IMG/VR virus record: IMGVR_UViG_3300029305_003176
Strand: one strand, 5' to 3'
Origin: a virus
DNA length: 64,000 nt
The first letter of the stretch is position 1. The number at the start of each line of letters is the position of its first letter. Shown here piece after piece: positions 51,319 through 60,115 of the stretch. The translations under genes were made by a program, and so were the position numbers. The notes under the pieces were generated by a model. The model had not been told where the DNA came from. It saw nothing but the letters and a program-made list of their open reading frames with translations, and searched no databases.

Positions 51319-51637
51319 ATTTGATTATAACCATTTCTATGGTGGATATGATTCTTTTGCAGTGTCAAAAGAGAAATTCACAAAAGAAGAAGCGATAGAA
51401 ATTGCCAAGGTTGAAATGGAAACAGTTTATTTGAATAAACCTTACTATCTTTGCATTAGTGACGGATTTGTAAGACACAGAGCAGGAATAAACGAAGATA
51501 ACGAACCTTGCGTTGGTTGGTGGATTGAATATCAAGAACATAAAAGAAGTTGTCCTTGTTGGGTATTCCATTTATCAAAATTAGAGGATGAAGAAACATT
51601 CTTTGGAGATAAGTACGAAAGAATATTGATTGAATGA
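51311..51637 (+). CDS. Hypothetical protein
   Basis: Overlapping operon ORF. Confidence 0.65.
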   Translation: MSKFDYNHFYGGYDSFAVSKEKFTKEEAIEIAKVEMETVYLNKPYYLCISDGFVRHRAGINEDNEPCVGWWIEYQEHKRSCPCWVFHLSKLEDEETFFGDKYERILIE

Positions 51638-51673
51638 TGATAATTGATGAAATGTTAGGAGATAAGGAGTGAA

Positions 51674-51862
51674 TTGCAAATGAATGATTTCAATATAACA
51701 ATTGGAGATGTAACTGCTAATACAAGTATGATCGAAGAAGATGTTATAAGAAGCAGACTTGGATTAGAACCTAAAAAACAAGAGTATCAACATCAAGAAA
51801 GTCCAAAAGAAGACTATTTTGAATGTAGAAACAGTTATCTTGATGGAACATGGTGTTGCTAG
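51674..51862 (+). CDS. Hypothetical protein
   Basis: RBS AAGGAG. Confidence 0.55.
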   Translation: MQMNDFNITIGDVTANTSMIEEDVIRSRLGLEPKKQEYQHQESPKEDYFECRNSYLDGTWCC

Positions 51863-51911
51863 AAGGTAACAACCAAACCCGCATTTTATTAAGAGAAAAG
51901 GAGAACAAACA

Positions 51912-52235
51912 ATGAAAAGATATTTGCTTAATGTAACATTTTACGCAGGAAGTAATGATATAGAAGATACAGACCGAGATTTGTTTTTACTCTGTATTGA
52001 TAAAGAAATTAGTGAAAAAGAAATGACTGAGATTTTTAGAACTGTCAATAAACTTCTTGACTATTTTGACGATGAAGAAAAAGATTTTCCTATTTCTTAT
52101 GAGCAAGGATTAAATATCAATACTCTTATGGAAGGCATCGGAATTTATACAAAGGGAGAAGTTAAAGAAGTGTATAGTAATTTTGGTCATTTGCAAGAGA
52201 TTGACAATTATTATGTGATTGAACAGTGGCAGTAA
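51912..52235 (+). CDS. Hypothetical protein
   Basis: RBS. Confidence 0.65.
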   Translation: MKRYLLNVTFYAGSNDIEDTDRDLFLLCIDKEISEKEMTEIFRTVNKLLDYFDDEEKDFPISYEQGLNINTLMEGIGIYTKGEVKEVYSNFGHLQEIDNYYVIEQWQ

Positions 52236-52248
52236 ATGGAGGTAAAAG

Positions 52249-52476
52249 ATGTATTTAATATATAAGAGAAAAGACGGTACGATTGAAGATTGTGTATACA
52301 GAGGAGGTTGCGGTGGAATTGAAGTTGCTACTGGAGGCGATTTCAGAAAAGGATATATTACATTTCCAAAAGAAAAGTTTGAAGAGTTGTTTATGTCTGG
52401 TGCAATTAAAGTGTTAAAACATAAACCAAAAGAGGATTTATGCGATTATTTGAAACACTTAAAAGCAAATGACTAG
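52249..52476 (+). CDS. Hypothetical protein
   Basis: RBS. Confidence 0.6.
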   Translation: MYLIYKRKDGTIEDCVYRGGCGGIEVATGGDFRKGYITFPKEKFEELFMSGAIKVLKHKPKEDLCDYLKHLKAND

Positions 52477-52530
52477 TTCAATTACAAAAATAAATAAAAT
52501 CCATGTTTGATTATGAAAGGAGCTTGAATT

Positions 52531-52935
52531 ATGGTAACACTAGAACAGTTGGTCAAAAAACAAAAATGGAATGAAATGAGTGATATTCAAATCATTAAAG
52601 AATTCTTCGACTTAAATAATTTAGAAGAAGAAGGAATGGATTTGATACACGAATTAACAAGAACTAAAATTGAAAAAATGAAACAAAAACATCGAACGTC
52701 GGAAGAATGGGTTTGTATGTTACCATCCAAATATCTGTATGAAAATTACGACTTAGATATTGCAGACAGACTTCATACTCTTGAACTTAATTATCTTGTA
52801 AATGGTGGAAAACTTTCTAAAGGTCATCTGAAATGGGCAACAGAAAACATTCCTAACATTGTAAGACCTCAAGCATATTTTAACCCACTTGTAGAATGGT
52901 TAGAAAATGAGGGAATTAGATTTAAAGCAAGATAA
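52531..52935 (+). CDS. Hypothetical protein
   Basis: RBS. Confidence 0.65.
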   Translation: MVTLEQLVKKQKWNEMSDIQIIKEFFDLNNLEEEGMDLIHELTRTKIEKMKQKHRTSEEWVCMLPSKYLYENYDLDIADRLHTLELNYLVNGGKLSKGHLKWATENIPNIVRPQAYFNPLVEWLENEGIRFKAR

Positions 52936-52967
52936 AATTCGTGTTTGATTAGGAGGTAAGCATAATT

Positions 52968-53429
52968 ATGAAATTAAAAGATTATGAAAAATTCGATGAA
53001 TATGCAAGAGAGGTTATGAACTACTTTCGTGAGTTAAAAAAGGAAAGGGAATTAACCAGAGAAGAAGAACGGTTAATGCTTCATTCTTTAACAATGAGAA
53101 CAATTGCTCATTCTGCTCAATCTAAACATATGGATAAGCAGGAAGCAGTAAGACAGAGCAACAGAGAAAAGCAAAGAGATGCATTATTTGCTAGTTCTAA
53201 AATTGTATATGAAGGGTTTGTTGATGATATCTATGAGCCAGTATATGCTTCAGATTACAAGGAACTTCGCAAAAAAATGTCTAAATACGCAAATCTTTAT
53301 CCGAAAGAAAAAGATATGGCAACTGTGAATACTTATGAGAATGGAGAACTAATTAAAAAGGAAATATGGGTCAGAGAAAACACATTATGTAATGAAATAT
53401 GGTCTTTTGGGAAATGGGATATTTCTTAA
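52968..53429 (+). CDS. Hypothetical protein
   Basis: RBS. Confidence 0.65.
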   Translation: MKLKDYEKFDEYAREVMNYFRELKKERELTREEERLMLHSLTMRTIAHSAQSKHMDKQEAVRQSNREKQRDALFASSKIVYEGFVDDIYEPVYASDYKELRKKMSKYANLYPKEKDMATVNTYENGELIKKEIWVRENTLCNEIWSFGKWDIS

Positions 53430-53445
53430 TACAGGAGGTAATTAT

Positions 53446-53658
53446 ATGAAGATTGTTAAAGTTAAGGAATTTCGAAATGATATGTCTGCTTTACCGTGCC
53501 CGTTTTGTGGAGAAACAGAAGAAATTTACTTTGAAGAATATGAAACTAAAGTAGGCGAGAGGTGGCGTATTGTATGTGCTAAATGCATGGCTAATATTGA
53601 TAGAGGATATGACCAAACACCGCATCCATTAGTGGAATTGTGGAACAAGAGAAAATAA
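53446..53658 (+). CDS. Lar-family restriction alleviation-like protein
   Basis: LPCPFCG..CAKC..WNKR. Confidence 0.7.
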   Translation: MKIVKVKEFRNDMSALPCPFCGETEEIYFEEYETKVGERWRIVCAKCMANIDRGYDQTPHPLVELWNKRK

Positions 53659-53686
53659 AATTTGTATTTGATATGGAGGTAAAACA

Positions 53687-53923
53687 ATGGGTATTAAAAG
53701 AAAAATCGAATTAACTTTCTACAGTTTGTTTTCTATTGTAACTTTTCACAAATATTATATTTGTGAAGATTGTCACAAGATTCATAAGCGAACCGGAAAT
53801 GAATTTGAAGTATGTGGTGGATGGTATAAACCACATGTATTTGTGTCATATAAATGTGCAAATGAAGTAATTAGTAACAGTAGAAAACTTTTACGTGACG
53901 CAGCATTAAAAAGATGGAAATAA
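53687..53923 (+). CDS. Hypothetical protein
   Basis: RBS. Confidence 0.6.
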   Translation: MGIKRKIELTFYSLFSIVTFHKYYICEDCHKIHKRTGNEFEVCGGWYKPHVFVSYKCANEVISNSRKLLRDAALKRWK

Positions 53924-53951
53924 AAATTATATTTGATGGAGGCAAAATACA

Positions 53952-54929
53952 ATGTTAGAGATATATCTACAAGAAACTGATTATGAACATGGAAATGATT
54001 GTTTAATACAGAATTGTTATACAATTCTCAAATGTCATGATAAATACATCACAATGAATATCAGAAGATATAAAGGCTGGTGCGACAATGGTATGCCGGT
54101 AGTAGTAACAAACAATACTACAACTAACGATCCAATTCTTAATCAGATTATTGAGGATGGATATGTAAGAAATACAAAGCTACATAGAAGATGGGTTATG
54201 GCACAAATGTTCCACATGCTTGATTACGAAAGTTACAAGAAAGACGGGCACGGTCGTTATAATAGAACAGAAACTGGTTATGACGCTTGCCTGAGAAATA
54301 ATTACGGATATATGTATCAATTCGATATGATGCTTGAGGAAATTCGTATTCTTAGCAAGTTAGAAGATAGAGATATGGAGAGTTTCAATGAGAGAAGCCA
54401 TTTCTTTACAAAGAATGTTGTCGTTGATACTTGTACTGATTATTTAAAGAATCTTCAAATATATGTTGATAGCCTTAAAGAATATAAGTGCAAGGGAGTT
54501 CCTTATAAGAAGGTAAAAGGAAAAAATATCTTTGTATCTGATTTATATAAGAAATTATATTATCCAATTAATATGTCAATTAATCGAATTGGAAGAACAA
54601 AGAACTATAAAGAATTATATAGAGAACTTAGAATTTTCAATCGAAATATGATTAAGTTGCCTTGGGAAACTAAGAAATGTAGAAGTTGGATTGACGCATT
54701 TAAGGGAAATGGTGCGTATTACACATTAAAGAACTTAGTTATGTATCATAACTGCAAGATTTATAACAGAGATGATGTTCATGCAGGAATAGATGCTGTA
54801 AAGTTTATACAGTCTAGACTTGATGACTATTTAGGAGAAGGCTGGAGATATATGGCAATGCTTAAGAAATGTATTGCAGATAATAAATTCAGTTTTAACG
54901 AGGCAATGGATGAGATTTATAACAAATAG
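53952..54929 (+). CDS. Basic 325-aa protein of unknown function preceding the structured-repeat array
   Basis: LHRRWVMAQMFHML, CKGVPYK, WIDAFKGNGAYYTLKNLVMYH. Confidence 0.8.
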   Translation: MLEIYLQETDYEHGNDCLIQNCYTILKCHDKYITMNIRRYKGWCDNGMPVVVTNNTTTNDPILNQIIEDGYVRNTKLHRRWVMAQMFHMLDYESYKKDGHGRYNRTETGYDACLRNNYGYMYQFDMMLEEIRILSKLEDRDMESFNERSHFFTKNVVVDTCTDYLKNLQIYVDSLKEYKCKGVPYKKVKGKNIFVSDLYKKLYYPINMSINRIGRTKNYKELYRELRIFNRNMIKLPWETKKCRSWIDAFKGNGAYYTLKNLVMYHNCKIYNRDDVHAGIDAVKFIQSRLDDYLGEGWRYMAMLKKCIADNKFSFNEAMDEIYNK

Positions 54930-54950
54930 AACTAAGTAAAAAAATAAACT

Positions 54951-55099
54951 TGATGCAAAGCAAGTATAACAACTGTTTAGATTTAATTATATACGCTATC
55001 AGTCCAGAAGAAGATACGACTTAATCCTTATCAGGATTAATTTCGTATCCTATTCTGGATATAGCGATATAAATATGAAACTAATAAAGATATGCATTA
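54951..55099 (+). ncRNA. ~150-nt structured element, copy 1
   Basis: Closing stem TGATGCA/TGCATTA; TTAATTAT-hairpin-AATATGAAAC. Confidence 0.7.
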
Positions 55100-55132
55100 A
55101 GAACAGACGTTATATTTAGGAAGGAGATTATT

Positions 55133-55435
55133 ATGAGACATGCAGTTATGATAGTAAGGTGTGGATTTAAAATCCGTAAGAAGGCAGATATTACTGAATT
55201 TATGAATAAATGTATGCAGAATAAGAACGTGTATTGTGTGCAAACAGAGGATAAGACATTGTATTTCGAAAAAGATGATAATGGAGATTTTAGCGTGTCA
55301 GAGAAGCAAGATGGCTGGGTGAGTCTTGAGGTCGCTAGAACTAACAACGGTAGCTGTTATAAAGACACCGTTGAGGATTTAATATGGAAGTATAGGAAAT
55401 ATATTAATGAACAATGGTTGAATCCTAGAAATTAG
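55133..55435 (+). CDS. Hypothetical protein
   Basis: RBS AAGGAG; IWKYRKYIN. Confidence 0.65.
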   Translation: MRHAVMIVRCGFKIRKKADITEFMNKCMQNKNVYCVQTEDKTLYFEKDDNGDFSVSEKQDGWVSLEVARTNNGSCYKDTVEDLIWKYRKYINEQWLNPRN

Positions 55436-55445
55436 GAACTAGTGC

Positions 55446-55598
55446 GGAAAGGGCAAATATATATTAAGCACTCAAAAATTAATTATCCCGTATATTAACC
55501 TGTATGCCATGCCCGCTACGCAGCTTATCAGACTGCATATCGGGACATTCTATACAGGCATCTATCGGGAGAATATGAAACTTATAAAGAAACTTTCT
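55446..55598 (+). ncRNA. ~150-nt structured element, copy 2
   Basis: Closing stem GGAAAG/CTTTCT; TTAATTAT-hairpin-AATATGAAAC. Confidence 0.7.
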
Positions 55599-55674
55599 AA
55601 GAGTGAACAATATGTAAAACTAAATAAAATTATTAAAGAAGAGATTATTATACTGGTTGAAAAGGAAATAAATT

Positions 55675-55983
55675 ATGATAGATAAAAGAATTAAATTTGA
55701 TGAAAGATACGATGACGAAGATTATAAAACTACTACATTGTATTTTATAGCACCCAAAGAAATGTTAAAAACAATAATGACAAATGATTATCCCGATGCG
55801 GTATCTATGGAAATTAGTATTGAATTTCCAATGGGATATATTGATGCGACATATGCAGATGTTTGCGTGTCTCCTACGTCATACGACAAAGAAACAAATA
55901 GTTATTATGAGTATGATTGGTATTATATTGATATGCCATATAACGAGATTAATGAGCTGATATTATTAGCAGAAAGGAGTTGA
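55675..55983 (+). CDS. Hypothetical protein
   Basis: Acidic ORF with RBS. Confidence 0.65.
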   Translation: MIDKRIKFDERYDDEDYKTTTLYFIAPKEMLKTIMTNDYPDAVSMEISIEFPMGYIDATYADVCVSPTSYDKETNSYYEYDWYYIDMPYNEINELILLAERS

Positions 55984-55987
55984 TAAT

Positions 55988-56395
55988 ATGGAACCATTAA
56001 CGTTTAGGATGTATGCAGGAGTTAGAATGAGTCGTGCTATTGATCCAAATACAGATTTCATTTCTCCGGGCGGGTACGAAATGATAATGAATGGAAAGAA
56101 AATACCATTTGATTTTGAAATTTTTATTGGTGGCAGATGCCCTATTGATTATTCGTTATTAGAAATTGAACTTAAAAATCCAATGTACGATGAGTATCCA
56201 GACTTGAATAGTATCACAGAGGATATGCTTAATAATGTTACAGAGATTACAGAGTTCTTTGTATATACGGGAGAGATAGGCGAAACAGATTTAAAACCAA
56301 TATCATTAGAATATGTGAGCTTTGTATTACCTTATGAATGGAAAGAAATTGAAGTTCCTTTAGAGATAGTAAAAGCAGCGAATGTAACATTTTAA
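55988..56395 (+). CDS. Hypothetical protein
   Basis: SPGGYEM..PFDF; RBS. Confidence 0.65.
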   Translation: MEPLTFRMYAGVRMSRAIDPNTDFISPGGYEMIMNGKKIPFDFEIFIGGRCPIDYSLLEIELKNPMYDEYPDLNSITEDMLNNVTEITEFFVYTGEIGETDLKPISLEYVSFVLPYEWKEIEVPLEIVKAANVTF

Positions 56396-56407
56396 GCAAC
56401 AAACAGA

Positions 56408-56557
56408 TAGATACTGTAAATATGTAAGGCAAATTTAACTTTAATTATCTTCCTTATTATATATGAGCTGCAGGTAATTAGTCTGGATAACACCAGCCTC
56501 AGTACCTGCTCCTCATCTCTTAAGGAAGCTAATATGAAACTATTAGAGATATATCTA
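56408..56557 (+). ncRNA. ~150-nt structured element, copy 3
   Basis: Closing stem TAGATA/TATCTA; TTAATTAT-hairpin-AATATGAAAC. Confidence 0.7.
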
Positions 56558-56578
56558 CAGATTTGCAAAGCATATTGT

Positions 56579-56737
56579 TTATAGACGGACAGATATATAA
56601 GGTTCAATTATTTAATAATAGGTCTTCTTTAACAATTGTATGAACGAACTATTCAACGAGATTACATCTCAATTTCATTAGTTCGTGATGACAATCGACA
56701 GAAGAAATTATATGAAACATATAAAGACAGTCTATAA
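56579..56737 (+). ncRNA. ~150-nt structured element, copy 4
   Basis: Closing stem TTATAGAC/GTCTATAA; TTAATAAT-hairpin-TATATGAAAC. Confidence 0.7.
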
Positions 56738-56760
56738 GAGAAATGAATATATCATTGGTA

Positions 56761-56913
56761 TAAGCAGCTAGATATACAAGAGGAATTTATTTATTCAAAC
56801 GGTAAGATGATAGCTAATCTCCAGGATTAATTTCAGGATGATATCCTGAATAATAATCCTGGATATCAAGCTCCACTTGACCGTTTCAAATGAAACAATT
56901 ATAGAAATGCTTA
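56761..56913 (+). ncRNA. ~150-nt structured element, copy 5
   Basis: Closing stem TAAGCA/TGCTTA; TTATTTAT-hairpin-CAAATGAAAC. Confidence 0.65.
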
Positions 56914-56963
56914 CGAATTTTTTGAGTATGTCAAATAAGATACAGAAGAAAGGAGAGTTGATT

Positions 56964-57152
56964 ATGAAGTTAAACAATAATATAAAATTTAGAGATGCAG
57001 AAAAAATATTAAAAAGAAATGGTTTTGTATATGATAAAACTAGAGGAAGTCACCATCAATATGTTAGAAATGGTATAAGAATTGTAGTAAATAAAAATAT
57101 AAACCCTTGTGTATGGCTTCGATTAGTAAAAGAAAATAACTTGGAGGTATAA
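56964..57152 (+). CDS. hicA: HicA-family toxin/RNase (no adjacent HicB)
   Basis: 62 aa; ILKRNGF..RGSHHQY; RBS AAGGAG. Confidence 0.8.
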   Translation: MKLNNNIKFRDAEKILKRNGFVYDKTRGSHHQYVRNGIRIVVNKNINPCVWLRLVKENNLEV

Positions 57153-57156
57153 GATT

Positions 57157-57345
57157 ATGTTAGAAGAAATTTACAAATTATTAGGCTATGAAGATGTATT
57201 TTCAATTGAGAGTAAAGAAGTAAGAGATTACACAGTAGACAAAGCACACAATCATTTAATGGGTGTTTTGTTGAAATGTAAAGCATTGGGAATTGTAACC
57301 GGTGTAAATGAAGATAGACTTGATGAGATTGAAAGTGAAGAATGA
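57157..57345 (+). CDS. Small acidic hypothetical protein
   Basis: RBS GGAGG; no HicB motifs seen. Confidence 0.6.
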   Translation: MLEEIYKLLGYEDVFSIESKEVRDYTVDKAHNHLMGVLLKCKALGIVTGVNEDRLDEIESEE

Positions 57346-57378
57346 AATAGTGAGTTGATAAGAAAGGAGATACATATT

Positions 57379-57708
57379 ATGAAGAGATTTGATTTACCAG
57401 CAATGAGTGATAAGGCAAAAAGTTTTTATAACAAAGCAATTGTAATTGAGCAAGACAATGGTGACATTGAATTACAAAGCTACACTACAATCGTATGCAG
57501 AATTAGAAACGGAAAGTTTGAGAGATTATGGGGCGGATATTCAAGTACAACAATGAGACATATCAATTCTTTTCTTAAATTCTACGGAATTTCAGGTGGT
57601 GGAAAGGGTTGGTGGAATAAGTTGGAAGTTGTTGGGAAAAGAAATAATGATTATTTAACTCCAACCGAATCGTTACAAATTATGTATGCAAGAAGAAACG
57701 CAGGTTAA
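57379..57708 (+). CDS. Hypothetical phage protein
   Basis: LQSYTTIV..YSSTTMRHI. Confidence 0.7.
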   Translation: MKRFDLPAMSDKAKSFYNKAIVIEQDNGDIELQSYTTIVCRIRNGKFERLWGGYSSTTMRHINSFLKFYGISGGGKGWWNKLEVVGKRNNDYLTPTESLQIMYARRNAG

Positions 57709-57739
57709 TAGAAACACAATTTGATTAGGAGGAATTGGT

Positions 57740-57904
57740 ATGGAAATTAGATTAGAAGAAACATTGTGGATTATTAATGACGGAGAATATTTCATAGGCG
57801 ATGGAGAGTCAACTGCATATGTTGTAAGCGACTACGATGGAGAAACAGTTTATTCACATGATGATTTTGAACGTTGTTTAAATTGGGTTTGGAATAGTTT
57901 ATAA
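57740..57904 (+). CDS. Small protein (54 aa)
   Basis: RBS AGGAGG; lies between junction sites. Confidence 0.6.
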   Translation: MEIRLEETLWIINDGEYFIGDGESTAYVVSDYDGETVYSHDDFERCLNWVWNSL

Positions 57905-57931
57905 AGTGTGATTTTAAGTGGAGGAATTAAT

Positions 57932-58180
57932 ATGATTAAAGCTGGAAATGAAATTTGGTTTGAGGTTGGAGATAAAGTGAGAACTCAACCGGCTAAATAT
58001 TTTACTGATTATGCAAATAGTGTTTATGCAAATAGAAACGCAACTGTAATTGATGAAAATAATCATTGTGGGTTATACACAACATATAAGATTAGATTTG
58101 ATGAACCTTTTTATGACCACGGATATAAAGTGGAAACAATGTATTACGAAGCATTTCAAGACGGTTTAGTTTTAAGATAA
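57932..58180 (+). CDS. SH3/KOW-like small protein
   Basis: FEVGDKVR. Confidence 0.6.
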   Translation: MIKAGNEIWFEVGDKVRTQPAKYFTDYANSVYANRNATVIDENNHCGLYTTYKIRFDEPFYDHGYKVETMYYEAFQDGLVLR

Positions 58181-58219
58181 TAAAATAATGATTTTAACAG
58201 TAGATTGGAGGAATATTTT

Positions 58220-58483
58220 ATGAACATACAAAATTGGAACGAAGAGAGAATTGATGAAGTAATTTATGATTTAGAAGAGTGGATGACACTTGTTGCGTAT
58301 GAAGAAGATTGGTTAACCACAGAGGACGATGATATAATTGAAATCTTTGGTTCAAAAGCAAATTATCTTGAACAACTTATTGATTGGGTGTATGAACACG
58401 TATGCTCTGAAGATATAGATAATGTGGACTTTTGGGTAAGTCACGGATTTACAGAAGAAGAAGCACAAGAAATGTGTCAATAA
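58220..58483 (+). CDS. Acidic hypothetical protein
   Basis: RBS GGAGG. Confidence 0.65.
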   Translation: MNIQNWNEERIDEVIYDLEEWMTLVAYEEDWLTTEDDDIIEIFGSKANYLEQLIDWVYEHVCSEDIDNVDFWVSHGFTEEEAQEMCQ

Positions 58484-58519
58484 ATACACAATTTCAAAGC
58501 AGAAACGGAGGAAATAGAT

Positions 58520-58702
58520 ATGGATGTATATAAAGAATTTGATACAAAATGTCAGCAGAAGGGTTTGTTTGAAGTGTTTAAAACTCAAAGTCAATCAACA
58601 TATTTTCTTATGAGAAGAATGTTTGATGAAAAGAAAATTAAATACTTAGGAATCGGTGATGATTGGAATGGAAAATATGAAATTAGATTTTCTATTCATT
58701 AA
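58520..58702 (+). CDS. Hypothetical protein
   Basis: RBS. Confidence 0.6.
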   Translation: MDVYKEFDTKCQQKGLFEVFKTQSQSTYFLMRRMFDEKKIKYLGIGDDWNGKYEIRFSIH

Positions 58703-58742
58703 TGGAATCAGGATTTTAACAAGAAAAATGGAGGAATGAATT

Positions 58743-59081
58743 ATGAATATTGATTATAACAAAGTATCATTTAATGAGTTGGATATGGAATATCCATTAC
58801 AAGCATTCTTTAACTACGAAACAACGCAAGAGGAAATTTCTGAATGGTTAGCAAACGAAGTTACTTGTGATGAAATTCCAGAAGAAATTTCTATCGTTGG
58901 AATAGAATTGTGTTTGACTATTTTTGGCAGACATGATTTTAAATTAGAAGCAGTTTGTACAAGTGATGGTGGTAATCAATTTTGGGTAGAGTTAGATAAT
59001 CAATTAGCTAATGCAGATGAATTTATCTCATTAATACCTGATTATGGAAAGATTAAACTAGAGGATTTACCGAGAGCATAG
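58743..59081 (+). CDS. Acidic hypothetical protein
   Basis: RBS. Confidence 0.65.
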   Translation: MNIDYNKVSFNELDMEYPLQAFFNYETTQEEISEWLANEVTCDEIPEEISIVGIELCLTIFGRHDFKLEAVCTSDGGNQFWVELDNQLANADEFISLIPDYGKIKLEDLPRA

Positions 59082-59115
59082 GGCAATAGATTCGGAATTC
59101 AAAGGAGGAATTAAT

Positions 59116-59286
59116 GTGGTAAATAAGACAATAAAACAAATCATCGAAGAGAACAAAGATAAGGAAGTACATTTATATGACACATTTGGAACTTGGGGCG
59201 AATTGCCTTTAACAGAAAATAATATACAACATACACCCGATGCTATAGAAATCAATGATAATGTAATAAAAATTTATATCGGATAG
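59116..59286 (+). CDS. Small protein (56 aa)
   Basis: GTG start after AAGGAGG. Confidence 0.55.
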   Translation: MVNKTIKQIIEENKDKEVHLYDTFGTWGELPLTENNIQHTPDAIEINDNVIKIYIG

Positions 59287-59305
59287 ACGGATAGGAGAAA
59301 ATAAT

Positions 59306-59548
59306 ATGACGATTAGAATTTATAACGTAGAAACAAAGGAAGTTATTCATGAGTTTGAATTAAGCAACAGAATTAAAAAAGAAGAGTCTATTTTTAAAAA
59401 AGTAAAAGATGAATTAAGAATAAAATACAATAAGGAACCAAGACTTATATTTAGTGGCGAGTTTGATTTTAGTACAAGAACTTATAGTAATGACAGTGGA
59501 TATATTAATAATTTAGGCATTGGAAAGATTGATTATGTAAGAGTTTAA
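59306..59548 (+). CDS. Hypothetical protein
   Basis: RBS. Confidence 0.6.
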   Translation: MTIRIYNVETKEVIHEFELSNRIKKEESIFKKVKDELRIKYNKEPRLIFSGEFDFSTRTYSNDSGYINNLGIGKIDYVRV

Positions 59549-59560
59549 GGAGAAAGCGAT

Positions 59561-59785
59561 ATGAAAAATTTAGGTTTAACAGTAAATGAGTTATTGAAAT
59601 TATGTAAAGAACAAGTTAAGAAAGGAAATGGTAATAAACACATAATTATTTCTAATGATGATGAAGGAAATAGTTATCATACATTATTCTATGCGTTTAC
59701 AGATGACGCAGAAAATTTACAGTATATTTTAGAAAATGAGCATGACGGAACTCATACGGTTGATAATTGCGTGTGTTTGGGTTGA
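59561..59785 (+). CDS. Hypothetical protein
   Basis: SNDDEGNSYH motif. Confidence 0.65.
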   Translation: MKNLGLTVNELLKLCKEQVKKGNGNKHIIISNDDEGNSYHTLFYAFTDDAENLQYILENEHDGTHTVDNCVCLG

Positions 59786-59818
59786 TAAAACAAAGTTTTA
59801 CGATTGGAGGTATAAAAA

Positions 59819-60001
59819 ATGAAAAATATAAAAAAAGTTACAAGTGAACAGAAGAAAATCTTAAATAATGCAGAGTGTATTTTATATACTTGCAAAAATG
59901 ATTTAGGCAATTTCATAGAAAAAGAAGTTATAAAATATAATGGAAAGTATTATAGAGTGCAAACAACTAATAAATTTGTAACCGAATTTATAGAAGTGTA
60001 A
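59819..60001 (+). CDS. Hypothetical protein
   Basis: RBS. Confidence 0.55.
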   Translation: MKNIKKVTSEQKKILNNAECILYTCKNDLGNFIEKEVIKYNGKYYRVQTTNKFVTEFIEV

Positions 60002-60115
60002 ATAGAATTATGTAGAACAAAATAACAAGTAAACAAAATTATTTTTTAGTGTAGACAAAAAAAGAAATAAATGGTAAAATAAGATAAAATAAGATATAAG
60101 AAAGAAGGAATACCT

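Larger units (their letters stand above)
41015..59810 (+). repeat. About 20 dispersed TAAA-N6/7-TTTKAW junction sites between single small genes
   Basis: Examples: ATAAAAACAATATTTGAT at 41251 and 42743, TAAAAGAAATATTTGAT 41910, TAAAATTCGTGTTTGAT 52933, TAAAATTTGTATTTGAT 53656. Confidence 0.65.

Noticed and set aside
54951-56913. CRISPR, TIGR or integron attC interpretation of the array
   Set aside because: Units are ~150 nt with self-complementary variable regions; there are no identical direct repeats, no cas or Nop-domain gene, and no RYYYAAC/GTTRRRY ends.
56392-56977. Minus-strand ORFs 56392-56607 and 56795-56977, and the 5' extension of HicA to 56877
   Set aside because: No RBS; they overlie the structured repeats, and the real HicA start is ATG 56964.
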